DNA from: Patescibacteria group bacterium
GTDB taxonomy: Bacteria; Patescibacteriota; Patescibacteriia; UBA9934; GWF2-40-263
DNA length: 64,000 nt
Assembly (NCBI GenBank): GCA_004297215.1
Contig: SCUM01000001.1
Coordinates: forward strand, 742,716 to 806,715
Reading direction: 5' to 3'
Positions 26,101 to 33,888 of this stretch are shown here, in pieces. Position 1 is the stretch's first letter. Every line of letters begins with the position of its first letter. The position numbers and the translations under genes were made by a program. A model generated the notes under the pieces. That model had not been told where the DNA came from and made no database searches. It saw only the letters and a program-made list of their open reading frames with translations.

Positions 26101-27555
26101 GGGACAGGGACCCTCAACTCGAGCTCGGACGTGCTTTCCCTCACCCAATTCATCACGACGAACAGCGGCGACGCGTTGGGCATCCTGCACCAGGGCACAG
26201 GCATCGGGGCCCACATCACCATGAGCACCGTGAGCGCCCCCGCATCCGGTTCCGTGGGCAACCAGGCCTTGGTGCTCGACACCAATGAGACGCAGAGCAA
26301 CGACGACATGTTCATCATCCGCTCCGACGCCGACGGCACTCCGGACACGGAGTTCATCTTCGAGGCCGACGGGGATGCCGTGGCCGACGGCAGCTTCACC
26401 GGCGGCGGGGCCGACTACGCCGAGTACTACCGTGTTTCCGACCAAGGGATTGAGGCCGGCGACGTCGTCTGCCTCGACCAGGAGAACCCTGGCGACGTCA
26501 CTCGCTGCTCCGCTTCCGCCCCTGTCCCCACCGGCGTCATCTCCACCAAGCCCGGGTTCCTCGCCAATGGCCAGGGCAGGGACGTGGCGGCCGACCCCTC
26601 GTTCAAGCCGGTCGGCCTGATGGGTCAGGTCCCGACGAAGGTCAGCCTTGAGAACGGCGACATCGCGGTCGGCGACCCCGTCGTCGCTTCCGTGACCGCT
26701 CCGGGACGCGCCATGAAGGCCGTCGAGGCCGGCCAGATCGTCGGCTACGCGCTCGAGCCCCATACCAGCCAGTCTCCTGACGCGGAGATCCTCGTATACG
26801 TGCGCCCTGGATACCACGCGGCACTCTCCTCCCAGACCGCCGCCGGCACCGACAACCGGGCTTCGGAGATCCCGTCCTCGGGCCTCACCGCGCTCAACAT
26901 GAGCGGCAACATCTACATGGCGGGCAACGGAATCCTCGACGTTGGCGCGATTGAGGGCATCGGCGCGCGCTGGTCGGTCGACGCCGATGGGAAATTCGCA
27001 ACCCAGGCTTCCTACGACGTGGTCATCAAGAGCTACCAGGACGAGGACGTGACCGTGCACGCGGTGCTCGGGCGCGAACACAAGGTGACGCTCGACGGCA
27101 CAGCGACCCTCGAGAACGGGGTCGCGACGGTCGCGTTCGAGACGGTCGACCCGCTCTTCAACGACATCACGTCGACGACGGCCGACATCCGCGTGTCCGT
27201 GACCCCCAACGGCCCCGCCTACCTCTATGTCGTCTCGAAGGACCACAACGGGTTCACGGTGCAGCAGTTGAACGGCAGCGACTCGGGCATCACCTTCGAC
27301 TGGTTCGTGAGCGCGTATCGGAAGGACTATGAGCCGGAGGTGATTGAGGTTGTTGAGGTGACGGAGGAGATGCCGGTCGAGGAATCGGTCCCGACCGAAG
27401 GACCCGTGCCGGAACCGGTCGTCGAAGAACCTGCACCTATCCAGGAGACGGCTCCCGTGACCGACCCGGCACCGACCGAGCCTGCTTCGACGGATTCGCC
27501 ACTGGTTGAAGAACCGGCGCCAGAACCGCCCCCGACAGATGAAACCCCGACATAG
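20107..27555 (+). CDS. Giant surface protein 2 (tandem paralog of giant 1)
   Basis: 2482 aa. The first ~135 aa after the TM and a ~1.3-kb internal block are near-identical to giant 1 at DNA level (20237-20610 vs 11617-11990; 21385-22650 vs 12560-13830). One C-terminal conserved module (26400-26780), conserved C-terminal domain, PE-rich tail. Confidence 0.85.
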   Translation: MDLLERKDHPLCRLMQGVVAVALVITGGIASTWVMFEALSVFAVSPPNIISYQGRLLNANGVPDASASRDFQFRLYDSLAAGTCLWSNDDSSCASDADLAVTLTDGLFSENLGDTGAGYAAIPDSVFADDASVFLEVEVEGEVLSPRKQIGAAAYAMNADTLDGINSTSFFVQNGNSLGAAAVLGTNDGFGLELETGGTTRLTLGTSGAITVPLAGSFVFDDDATDGLDDDMTLEVAASLAYPGFDVTVMHPSFGLLELVDPVNSAPGIALHGDLPAYAINVDNPGGAGTAFFPMSFFREGASSSPFFSMQTYPDDDGWAIYGPSVADPGVIQILEAGTVNAGAYAARSDASAIPILCASTRVEETAANLVQESCFMADGSLDLGLALAGTDTTVAQGGIERSSGSDETFAFANQGAGVLSLTADGTVDVSGHAAIGADALIDDGGLLYPGSTFSNTLNVSERSTDASVDYVEGTTNYLLYDPSADASGIWAIALDSEAATEATNAEDVGTLSAGYFNATHNGTGDITSWMSGIEAYVYTTATGGSSISNIGGYFSVTAQDPRATGTEDNYGVWSAVHRTGATGGTINTYGMYVDNDGVDAAGAGTSTLYGLFLESMTGADTNYSIYSAGGQSYHAGNFGIGATTPDADLDIEAAEDTERVRLTDSSNADSVGLYVGDGTAGLDGTLSAQAGSLFLDEDGKLWVNMDGATNWDQVATTAGGGTDLDGVYDNDSDKKMAVDNASGLEFESTTAGNVFVDLQSSGDFVIQSVGTAFATFNDSGNVSFENSLTVGSSSADVVLFNADVDSHFLPDDDDTYDLGADAQRWRDLYLGAATLHVGSLIGDEGTLSYDSTPNDFNFANGGATRMTIQSDGDVGIGDSMTSPTAQLHIKQTAAEDALRVDDEAAGTTYFVVDDGGNVGIGVTSGPSSTLHVVGDTRIGATDYVTMAQDGGGFYVEQIGSSDALRPIRLQSRNAATQYSQFFVDPVNGFQFLINATGANNNVGIADSTPDNLLDILSGSDAALALTSTGTDTDPLIKFELADGTPTFTLGVDDSDSDKFKISTTALGTSDRLVIDSSGFVGIGTSTPDAAFDVEAAVDANGANVLFEANDSGVSGSYFRIADGTEADTHFVPYIMTKGIGTGAADRAGLIIDAQPGEDGSDDVAVIVDAHLSGAALTSAHLFEVRNDATPLLRVAANGNLVSFGSVGIGTGTPGASLDVDPANVVGGGTSEQPSILGSNQVIALADGTTRANQRQFKFLAPTLNGVAGGGTETVTDAATFYVSDAPSGSDITFTNGPYALWVDAGTARFDGDAIVGGSTSITETLANAGFSIGGDDLFVAGTAGVEGNVYTDGSFIAGATLTLADSGITESGAFTFTSQLAAGGTTSSAYNLVTSNDLGSADEVLQIGDSTGTFATVLGNGNVGIGEVDPATILHVSGTQARVTIEDTGKGTGPAVLGHDSGMLFLENNGIRVISINDSGGSTGFGDQSPNAIVEVDQAGGSVDPFLISSNNGVDGDLFNVQDGGAVGVGDVSPDARFDIDDGAATGTIVGVLSNAGTQAGSLIGLSLDFDSSLAGAANLDFTGVRLLTPNLTQSTADTTDYLGYDLAAGAITQDTLAGTINWTGARIAMPVQVQTTGIVNTSGLTVTDNGSSNSGVKRGLFVDFSGIQSGGTLVGLDVDSITTGGGNGLGVRIGSGFDTDLQFVNAAAVIRVPNAGTLDFQDASENSLMLLTDAGSTSTLDVNGSIRAGTPGTDGQFRLYSEQGATDYEVAFNPHAAMTQATAYTLPADDGGSGQLLTTDGSGALSWSTAASGDITAVGSMTSGDAFADSTADDDWLGLGASAGRIEFDDQATDEVNILGANVGIGTSTPGSTIDATSPATLTTAYQLLADSVTDGTGLELSLDSLNEGYGLLVTSTADADYGSDLAGFQQFAVSTGTATMDGNVERIVQNLDSSTTGTLTVSGNAMRIQRAVNANSGTTLDATGAVMRISDQTGAGTGTLNSSSDVLSLTQFITTNSGDALGILHQGTGIGAHITMSTVSAPASGSVGNQALVLDTNETQSNDDMFIIRSDADGTPDTEFIFEADGDAVADGSFTGGGADYAEYYRVSDQGIEAGDVVCLDQENPGDVTRCSASAPVPTGVISTKPGFLANGQGRDVAADPSFKPVGLMGQVPTKVSLENGDIAVGDPVVASVTAPGRAMKAVEAGQIVGYALEPHTSQSPDAEILVYVRPGYHAALSSQTAAGTDNRASEIPSSGLTALNMSGNIYMAGNGILDVGAIEGIGARWSVDADGKFATQASYDVVIKSYQDEDVTVHAVLGREHKVTLDGTATLENGVATVAFETVDPLFNDITSTTADIRVSVTPNGPAYLYVVSKDHNGFTVQQLNGSDSGITFDWFVSAYRKDYEPEVIEVVEVTEEMPVEESVPTEGPVPEPVVEEPAPIQETAPVTDPAPTEPASTDSPLVEEPAPEPPPTDETPT

Positions 27556-27575
27556 CGTCGGGGTTTTGCTATACT

Positions 27576-29969
27576 GTGGGGACTATGACGCGCTCCTCCG
27601 ACCTGTACCTGCGCCTCGCGCGCGGGTTCCTGTATGTCCTGCTCGGGCTGTTGCCGCTGTTCTATCTCCCCGTGAGCCTGGAGCCCTTGGAGGTGAACAA
27701 GCAGACACTGCTCGTGCTGCTCACTTCCGCCTCGGCGCTCGCGTGGATCGGATCCATGGTGAGCGCGCGCGCCGTGTCCGTGCGCCGCGGGTGGGTGAAC
27801 CTGCTGCCCGTGCCGCTCGTCGCCTTCACGCTCCTTTCCGCGGCGTTTTCCTCGGGCCCGTACCTTTCCTGGGTGGGAACCGCGGGACAGGAATACATGA
27901 GCGCGCTCTCGGTGCTTGCGTACGCGCTGCTGTGGTTCTTGTGCGCCAACCTGCTCGCGCTTCCCGCGCATAGGCGCACGGCCTTTGCCGTGCTGCTTGG
28001 CTCCGGCGCGTTCGCCGGGATCCTGGGCATCCTCGGGATCCTGGGCGTGCGCGCGCTCCCCATCCCCGGCGGGATGCTGGGCAACACCGTGGGGAGCCCC
28101 AACGCCTTCGGGATGTACCTCGCCTCGGTCGCCGCGCTCGCCTGCGCCCTGTTCCTCGTGCACCGGGAGTCCGACGCGGTCATGTACCGGGGCCGCAAGG
28201 GCGCGTTCCAGCACGCCGCCATCTTCCTTGCCTGCGCCGTCGCATTTCTCGCGCTCATGCTGGTGGATTATGCGCCGGTGTGGGCCGCGCTTGAAGCGGG
28301 CGTGCTCGCGCTGTTCGCCCTTTCCATGGCGCGCGCCAAGGACATCGGCCCGGGGAACCGGTTCACGCTCCCGTTCCTCCTGCTGGTATCGAGCGTCCCG
28401 TTCCTGCTCGTGTTCGACCGGCCGCTGCCCGCGAAGATCCCCACCGAGGTCACGCCCGACGCCTCCTCCTCATGGGCGGTGGCGCGCGAGACGCTTTCCC
28501 ATGACGGCGCCTTGCTGGGTTCCGGCCCCGGCACCTTCGTGTACCAGTACGGCCGTTACCGTCCGGAGGAGGTGAACAAGACCGCCTTCTGGAACACGCG
28601 GTTCGACCGCGCGAGCAGCTTCGCGTTCACCGTGCTGCCCACCTTCGGCGTGCTCGGGACGCTCGGCTGGGCCGTCGCGCTCTTGGGCTCGCTCGCCTGC
28701 GGCATCGGCGCGTTCCTGCGCGCGCGCGAACGGGAACGCCTGGTCGCGCCCTTCGTGCTCGTCCCGCCGCTTGCCGCGCTCCTCATCGCCCTGTGCCTGT
28801 ACGGCGGCACCCTCACGCTGCTTACGCTGTGCTTCGCGCTCTCGGGGCTCGTCTGCGGCGCCGCGATGCGCGAGGGCCGCGCCGACCTCGACCGCGCCCC
28901 GCGCCTCTCGCTCGCGCTCTCGGCCCTGTTGGTGCTCGCGGCCACGGCCATCGCCACGGGGCTGTTCGGGAGCCTCATCCGGTACGCCTCGGAGGCCGCG
29001 TTCGCGCATGCCGTGCGCCTTGACCGCGCCGACGCCCCCATGAAGGAGATCGTGGCAAGCCTCGACCGCGCCGCGAGCCTCAACCGCTGGAACGACGTGT
29101 TCTACCGCAACCTCGCGCAGGCGTTCCTGCTCATGACCGGCGAGGAGATCAAGGCGCTTTCCGGCGCCGCGACCCCCATGACCGACGAGCAGCGCGCCTA
29201 CGTGCAGGCGCTCACGGGCGCGGCCGTGAACGCGGGGGTGCGCGCCACCGAGCTCGGGCCCGACAACGCGCTCAACTGGCTCGCGCGCGGGGCGCTCTAC
29301 CGCGAGTTCATCCCGCTCATCGGGAACGCCGGCGAGCACGCGGTGGAAGCCTACCAGCGGGCGATCGCGCTCGAACCCCTCGACCCGGAGAACCGCACCG
29401 AGCTCGGGAAGGCGTTCCTCACGCTCGCCGAGAACAACCGCGCGCTCACGGCCGCCGAGGACAAGGCCGTGGCCGACGAGGCGCTCGCCAAGGTGGCGGG
29501 GTACCTGAAGCAGGCCGAGGAGCAGTTTGACAAGGCGATCGCTCTCAAGGCCGATTACGCCCCGGCGCACTACCAGCTCGGCCTCATCTACGAACGCCAG
29601 GGGAAGATCGGCGAGGCCGTGGGAAAGATGGAATCCGTGTCGCAGTACAACCCGCTCGACGTGGGCGTGTTCTTCCAGCTCGGGATGCTCTACCTGCGCC
29701 GCGGCAGCGAGGGCGACCAGGACCGCGCGGAAAAGGCGTTCCTTTCGGCGATCGCGCTTTCCCCGAGCTATAGCAACGCGCGCTGGTTCCTGGCGAGCAT
29801 CTACGAGCAGAAGCGCGACCTGCCCAAGGCCATCGAGCAGGTGGGGAAGGTGCTCGAATACAACCCGGACAACCAGCTCGTGAAAGCGAAGCTCGACCGC
29901 CTCAAGGCCGGCAAGGTAAGTTCCACCACTCCGGTCCCGCTCACCGACCCCGCGCCCGCGACGCCATGA
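27576..29969 (+). CDS. Polytopic membrane protein with Wzy_C/O-antigen-ligase-like core and C-terminal TPR repeats
   Basis: 797 aa. About 10-12 predicted TM helices over the first 440 aa, including a GSGPGTFVYQY..loop motif reminiscent of the O-antigen ligase family. C-terminal 350 aa are TPR-like (AIALEPLDPEN.., AIALKADYAPAHYQLGLIYERQGK.., AIALSPSYSNARWFLASIYEQ..). Confidence 0.6.
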   Translation: MGTMTRSSDLYLRLARGFLYVLLGLLPLFYLPVSLEPLEVNKQTLLVLLTSASALAWIGSMVSARAVSVRRGWVNLLPVPLVAFTLLSAAFSSGPYLSWVGTAGQEYMSALSVLAYALLWFLCANLLALPAHRRTAFAVLLGSGAFAGILGILGILGVRALPIPGGMLGNTVGSPNAFGMYLASVAALACALFLVHRESDAVMYRGRKGAFQHAAIFLACAVAFLALMLVDYAPVWAALEAGVLALFALSMARAKDIGPGNRFTLPFLLLVSSVPFLLVFDRPLPAKIPTEVTPDASSSWAVARETLSHDGALLGSGPGTFVYQYGRYRPEEVNKTAFWNTRFDRASSFAFTVLPTFGVLGTLGWAVALLGSLACGIGAFLRARERERLVAPFVLVPPLAALLIALCLYGGTLTLLTLCFALSGLVCGAAMREGRADLDRAPRLSLALSALLVLAATAIATGLFGSLIRYASEAAFAHAVRLDRADAPMKEIVASLDRAASLNRWNDVFYRNLAQAFLLMTGEEIKALSGAATPMTDEQRAYVQALTGAAVNAGVRATELGPDNALNWLARGALYREFIPLIGNAGEHAVEAYQRAIALEPLDPENRTELGKAFLTLAENNRALTAAEDKAVADEALAKVAGYLKQAEEQFDKAIALKADYAPAHYQLGLIYERQGKIGEAVGKMESVSQYNPLDVGVFFQLGMLYLRRGSEGDQDRAEKAFLSAIALSPSYSNARWFLASIYEQKRDLPKAIEQVGKVLEYNPDNQLVKAKLDRLKAGKVSSTTPVPLTDPAPATP

Positions 29970-29974
29970 TCGAC

Positions 29975-30001
29975 AAAAAAGCCGCCCGGAGGCGGCTTTT
30001 T
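29975..30001. terminator. Bidirectional rho-independent terminator
   Basis: AAAAAAGCCGCCCGGAGGCGGCTTTTTT, a perfect GC hairpin flanked by an A-run and a T-run, between the + strand CDS and the minus-strand tRNA. Confidence 0.85.
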
Positions 30002-30077
30002 TGGTGGACCCTAACGGGATCGAACCGTTGACCTCTTCCATGCCATGGAAGCGCTCTACCAGCTGAGCTAAGGGCCC
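30002..30077 (-). tRNA. tRNA-Ala (anticodon GGC)
   Basis: Reverse complement GGGCCCTTAGCTCAGCTGGTAGAGCGCTTCCATGGCATGGAAGAGGTCAACGGTTCGATCCCGTTAGGGTCCACCA. G3:U70, anticodon loop ATGGCAT, CCA encoded. Confidence 0.9.
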
Positions 30078-30089
30078 GAACGTGCGGAA

Positions 30090-30118
30090 AGGATAGCGTC
30101 GAATTTGAACCCGGTCAA
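30090..30118 (-). promoter_or_regulatory. Promoter for tRNA-Ala(GGC), minus strand
   Basis: On the minus strand TTGACC, 17-nt spacer, TATCCT, ending about 10 nt before the tRNA 5' end. Adjacent triple GGTTGAACC/GGTTCGACC repeat and hairpin at 30124-30165. Confidence 0.5.
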
Positions 30119-30203
30119 GGGCTTGGGAGGTTCGACCTGGGAGGTTGAACCTCCCAGGTTGAACCTCGACACGCGACCGTTTCTCCGCTAGCATGCGCCC
30201 ATT

Positions 30204-31277
30204 ATGCTCAAAGTCGGCATCGTGGGGCTTCCGAACGTCGGCAAGTCCACCCTGTTCAAGACGCTCACCAAGAAGCAGGTTCCCTGCGAGAATTTCCCGT
30301 TCTGCACGATCGAGCCCAACGTGGGGATCGTGGAAGTTCCCGACGCGCGGCTCGCGGCGCTTGCCAAGGCGTCGAACACGGCGAAGATCATCTCGGCGGC
30401 GATCGAGTTCGTGGATATCGCGGGAATCGTGAAGGGGGCGAGCAAGGGGGAAGGGCTTGGCAACAAGTTCCTCACCAACATCCGCGAGACGGACATGATC
30501 TTGCACGTGGTGCGCGCGTTTGCGGACCCGAACGTCCACCACGTGGACGGGGCCGTGGACCCTAAGCGAGACGTGGAGACGATCGAGACCGAGCTCGCGC
30601 TCGCGGACATCGAGCTGGTCCAGAAGCGCCTCGACGGGGTGCGCGGCAAGATGAAGTCCGGGCGCACCAAGGAGCTTGAGAAAGAGGAGTCGGCGCTCGC
30701 CAAACTGTTTGCCGCGCTCGAGCAGGGGAGGATGGCCAACGCCGTCGAGCTCGACGAAGATGAGGAAAAAGCGGTGAAAGGGCTGCTATTGCTCACGCGC
30801 AAGCCCATCCTCTTTGTCTTGAACGTTGATGAGAAAGCGGCGGCGGATTCGTCCTGGACGAGCCCGCTCGGTCCGGAGCGCCTGTCCATTCCCATCAGCG
30901 TGAAGATCGAGAGCGAGATCATGGAGATGCCGGTCGAGGACCAAAAGGCCTTCCTGACCGAACTCGGATTGTCGATGAGCGGCCTCGACCGCGTGATCGC
31001 CAAGTGCTACTCGATGCTCGGGCTCATCACCTACTTCACGTCAGGGGAGAAAGAGACGCGCGCCTGGACGATCCCCGTGGGGACGAAGGCCCCGCAGGCG
31101 GCCGGCGTGATCCACACCGATTTCGAAAAGAATTTCATCCGAGCCGAGGTCACCGATTGGAAGGATTTCGTCGCGCTCGGCGAAAGCGGCGCGCGCGACG
31201 CGGGAAAACTCCGCATCGAAGGGAAGGACTACGTGATGCGCGACGGGGACACGTGTCATTTCCGGGTGGGGGGATAG
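30204..31277 (+). CDS. ychF: Ribosome-binding ATPase YchF
   Basis: 357 aa. [18 protein letters not shown].., G-motifs, TGS domain C-terminus ..[18 protein letters not shown]. Confidence 0.95.
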   Translation: MLKVGIVGLPNVGKSTLFKTLTKKQVPCENFPFCTIEPNVGIVEVPDARLAALAKASNTAKIISAAIEFVDIAGIVKGASKGEGLGNKFLTNIRETDMILHVVRAFADPNVHHVDGAVDPKRDVETIETELALADIELVQKRLDGVRGKMKSGRTKELEKEESALAKLFAALEQGRMANAVELDEDEEKAVKGLLLLTRKPILFVLNVDEKAAADSSWTSPLGPERLSIPISVKIESEIMEMPVEDQKAFLTELGLSMSGLDRVIAKCYSMLGLITYFTSGEKETRAWTIPVGTKAPQAAGVIHTDFEKNFIRAEVTDWKDFVALGESGARDAGKLRIEGKDYVMRDGDTCHFRVGG

Positions 31278-31294
31278 GCAGGTCGCATAGGCAG

Positions 31295-31370
31295 GAAGGC
31301 CTCAGGCCCCAGGCATGAAGGTTACACATGGCGCTCATGTTTTCCTTAGGCCTTTCCGCCTGAGGCCTTC
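31295..31370. terminator. Imperfect long hairpin between convergent ychF and the methyltransferase gene
   Basis: GAAGGCCTCAGGC ... GCCTGAGGCCTTC arms. The motif CATGAAGGCCTCAGGC recurs at 56050-56070. Confidence 0.5.
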
Positions 31371-32313
31371 ATGCCTTGCGCATCACCACGATCTCCCGCG
31401 CCACCTTTTGCCCCTTGCGTTCGTACAGGAACGTCCGTTCGATCGTGAATCCGATCGGAGCAAGGATGGTGTTCAAGGGGAGGCGCAGCTTCTGGGTGCC
31501 GCGCACGAAGGCCGGGAAGGCGATCGCGGCCCGCGCGCCCGGCTTCATCACGGCATGCACGCCGACGAGCATCTTTGCGTAGGACTGGCCCAAAACGGCC
31601 ATGTTTTTTTGGATCGTCTCAAGCGTTTCGCGGCCGGTCATCGGCGGGCCGAGATACGTTTCACCGGCCACGGCGTCGACGGGATCCTTGAGAATCGCCG
31701 CGAGGTCGGCCGCGTCACAAACGTACACCGACACGCGCGAGGCGCGAGCCTCCGGGAATTCCTTGCGCACCCATTCGAGGTTGCGTCCCGTGTCCGCAGT
31801 CGCCTTTTTCGAGATGTCCGAAGCGATGACCGCCTTGAACCCCATCAGCATCGCCTCCATCGGAACCGTCCCGCTCCCGCAGAACGGATCAAGGAGCACA
31901 AGGCTCGCTACCCCTCTCCTCTCGGAGGAGAGGGCATGGGTGAGGTCCGCGCCCGTGCCCGTGGCGAGGTTCACGAGCGTGCGCGCGAGCTTGGGCGGGA
32001 GCATCCCGCTTTTCGCGTCGCGGCTGGGGCGCCCGAAGTCACGTTTCGACCATGCCTCGAAATCCTGGACCGCCTCGGTGCGCCCGACGAGGATCCCGTC
32101 CTTGGTGGCAACGAGTACGATGTCGCCGGCCTTTGCCTGCGTGGTCACTGCCACGCTCGAGAGCGTGTCGCCCTTCATCGTGACGACACGCACCTTGCGT
32201 CCTTCGGCCTCGAGCGTGCGTTTCACGGTCATCCCGATCTTGCTTGCCTCGCCCTTGAGGTTGCCGAACAGGGGAGCGTTGCCGCCGTCATAGAGCGACA
32301 GGCCAAATGTCAT
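31361..32313 (-). CDS. Putative RNA (guanine-N2) methyltransferase, UPF0020/Trm11-RlmL-like
   Basis: Start MTFGLSLYDGG at 32313. Class I MTase motif I LLDPFCGSGT. The N-terminal region is consistent with a THUMP-associated family. The long ORF extension to 33168 runs through a repeat and is rejected. Confidence 0.7.
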
Positions 32314-32320
32314 TTTTTTC

Positions 32321-32410
32321 CCATCGTCATTGCGAGGAAGGAGCGAAGCGACTGACGAAGCAATCTCGTCGCTCGCGGGGGAACGGGATTGCTTCGCTTC
32401 GCTCGCAATG
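32321..32410. repeat. Palindromic element of the CATTGCGAG / GACGAAGCAATC family
   Basis: TCATTGCGAGGAAGGAGCGAAGCGACTGACGAAGCAATCTCGTCGC...GGGATTGCTTCGCTTCGCTCGCAATGA. Related copy at 49915-50040. Confidence 0.7.
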
Positions 32411-32727
32411 ACGGAACCGGCCTTGACGACTCCAGCCAACCTGTTTATTGCCTCTTTCGGACTCGGACCGGACTCGTCGCACACAAGAACCGTCTCCGAT
32501 GTCGCGACGGCCTTCGCGGACGGGTAAATGGCAAAAAATTCCGCCAATGACAGCGCAGGATTCGAGCCAAGGACGTAGAAGCGCATAAGCGTTTCAAAGT
32601 ATAGCAGATGTGGATAACCGGTGCTTGTGTCGTGGAATAGATGTGCATAGGACGACGGTTTGCTTCGGACAGTCCGAGTTACCCACATGGATTGGTATTT
32701 TTTCGCTAAAATGGCGACCAAAATGCT

Positions 32728-32756
32728 TTGACTGCCCATTCCAAAAAACGTAAAAT
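32728..32756 (+). promoter_or_regulatory. Consensus sigma70 promoter of surface locus 2 (near-leaderless)
   Basis: TTGACT, 17-nt spacer, TAAAAT. ATG at 32767 only about 4-6 nt after the predicted TSS. Shares AAAATGCTTTGAC with the promoter at 6030. Confidence 0.7.
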
Positions 32757-32766
32757 AGCTAAGAAT

Positions 32767-33426
32767 ATGGTCCGAGCCTTCATTTTTGCCGTAGGCGCTT
32801 GTGTTGGAACCCTGTTGCCCGGGATGGTTCTGGCCCAGTCCACCTCCACCAATTACATCCTGTGGGACACCGCGATCAATGCGGGAGGCGGAAGGACTAC
32901 GTCCACGAATTACATCAATTTCAACACGGTGGTGGACGTGGGGAGCGACCGTCTTTCCAGCACCAACTATCGCGCCTACCAGGGGTTCGAAGCGATCACC
33001 GAGGACCCGCGCATCACCATGAGCCTTACCCCCACAACCATCACCCTCTCGCCCAATCCGCTCACCACCGCGTCGGTGAGCACGGGCACCACCACGGCCA
33101 CCGTGAGCACGAACGCGGACTTCGGCTACACGCTCACGGCCACGGAGAACGACGCGTTCAAAAATCAAAGCGCCGATGAGCTCGCGGACGTCTCCGATGG
33201 CGCCGTCACTGCCGGGAGCGAGGAGTACGGCATCGCGGTGAGCGGTTCCGACGCCGCGTTCGGCGACGACCGCAGCGTTTCCGCGACCCCGCGCACGATC
33301 GCGAGCAAAAGCACCTGGGGAGCCGACCGCGCCACCGTCGTCACCGTGAAGGCCGCGATCGCGAGCGTCACGGACTCGGGGGAGTACTCGGGCACGCTCA
33401 CGTTCATCGCCACGGGGAATTATTGA
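32767..33426 (+). CDS. Secreted subunit-like protein (paralog of 6078), C-terminal ...TFIATGNY
   Basis: Start MVRAFIFAVGACVGTLLPGMVLAQS (signal peptide). The ORF-track start at 32728 lies upstream of the promoter. Three S-T-N-Y repeats, DVSDGAVTAGSEEYG, terminal TLTFIATGNY. Confidence 0.75.
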   Translation: MVRAFIFAVGACVGTLLPGMVLAQSTSTNYILWDTAINAGGGRTTSTNYINFNTVVDVGSDRLSSTNYRAYQGFEAITEDPRITMSLTPTTITLSPNPLTTASVSTGTTTATVSTNADFGYTLTATENDAFKNQSADELADVSDGAVTAGSEEYGIAVSGSDAAFGDDRSVSATPRTIASKSTWGADRATVVTVKAAIASVTDSGEYSGTLTFIATGNY

Positions 33427-33428
33427 AT

Positions 33429-33517
33429 AGTGCGTAGTGCGTAGTTGGTAGTACGTAGGAAAGAAAATCTACGCACTACGAACTACGTACTACGAACTAC
33501 GTACTACGCACTACGCA
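33429..33517. repeat. Hairpin built from ACTACGY heptamer arrays (left flank of the four-helix-bundle gene)
   Basis: AGTGCGTAGTGCGTAGTTGGTAGTACGTAGG..loop..CTACGCACTACGAACTACGTACTACGAACTACGTACTACGCACTACGCA. Confidence 0.8.
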
Positions 33518-33532
33518 AACATATGAACAACG

Positions 33533-33888
33533 AAAAAACGGGTTCGTACCAAGACTTGATCGTGTGGCAGAAGGCCATGGATCTTGTGGTCGGTGTTTAT
33601 GAGATTACAAAAGATTTTCCTACAGATGAGCGGTATGGGATCGTGAGTCAGATGAGACGTTCCGCCGTGTCTATCCCGTCGAACATTGCGGAGGGATATA
33701 GGCGAAAAAGCGAGGTGGATTTTCAAAGATTCCTCCGGATCGCCTATGGCTCAGCGTCTGAACTCGAAACACAGCTCCTCATTGCGCAACGGTTACGATA
33801 CGGGCCAGCAAGCTTTGCCCGAACGGATGCTCTCCTGGAAGAAATTCTGAAAATGTTAAACAAGATGACGGAAGGGAAGAGTTCGTAG
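33533..33888 (+). CDS. Four-helix-bundle protein (23S rRNA intervening-sequence protein family)
   Basis: MNNEKTGSYQDLIVWQKAMDLVVGVYEITKDFPTDERYGIVSQMRRSAVSIPSNIAEGYRRKS..FLRIAYGSASELETQLLIAQRL matches the TIGR02436-type family. The annotated upstream start lies inside the hairpin repeat. Confidence 0.8.

Noticed and set aside
32313-33168. N-terminal extension of the methyltransferase ORF to 33168 (599 aa)
   Set aside because: The extension translates a palindromic repeat and then overlaps the locus-2 promoter and the 32767 gene on the opposite strand. A conserved MTase-sized protein begins at MTFGLSLYDGG.
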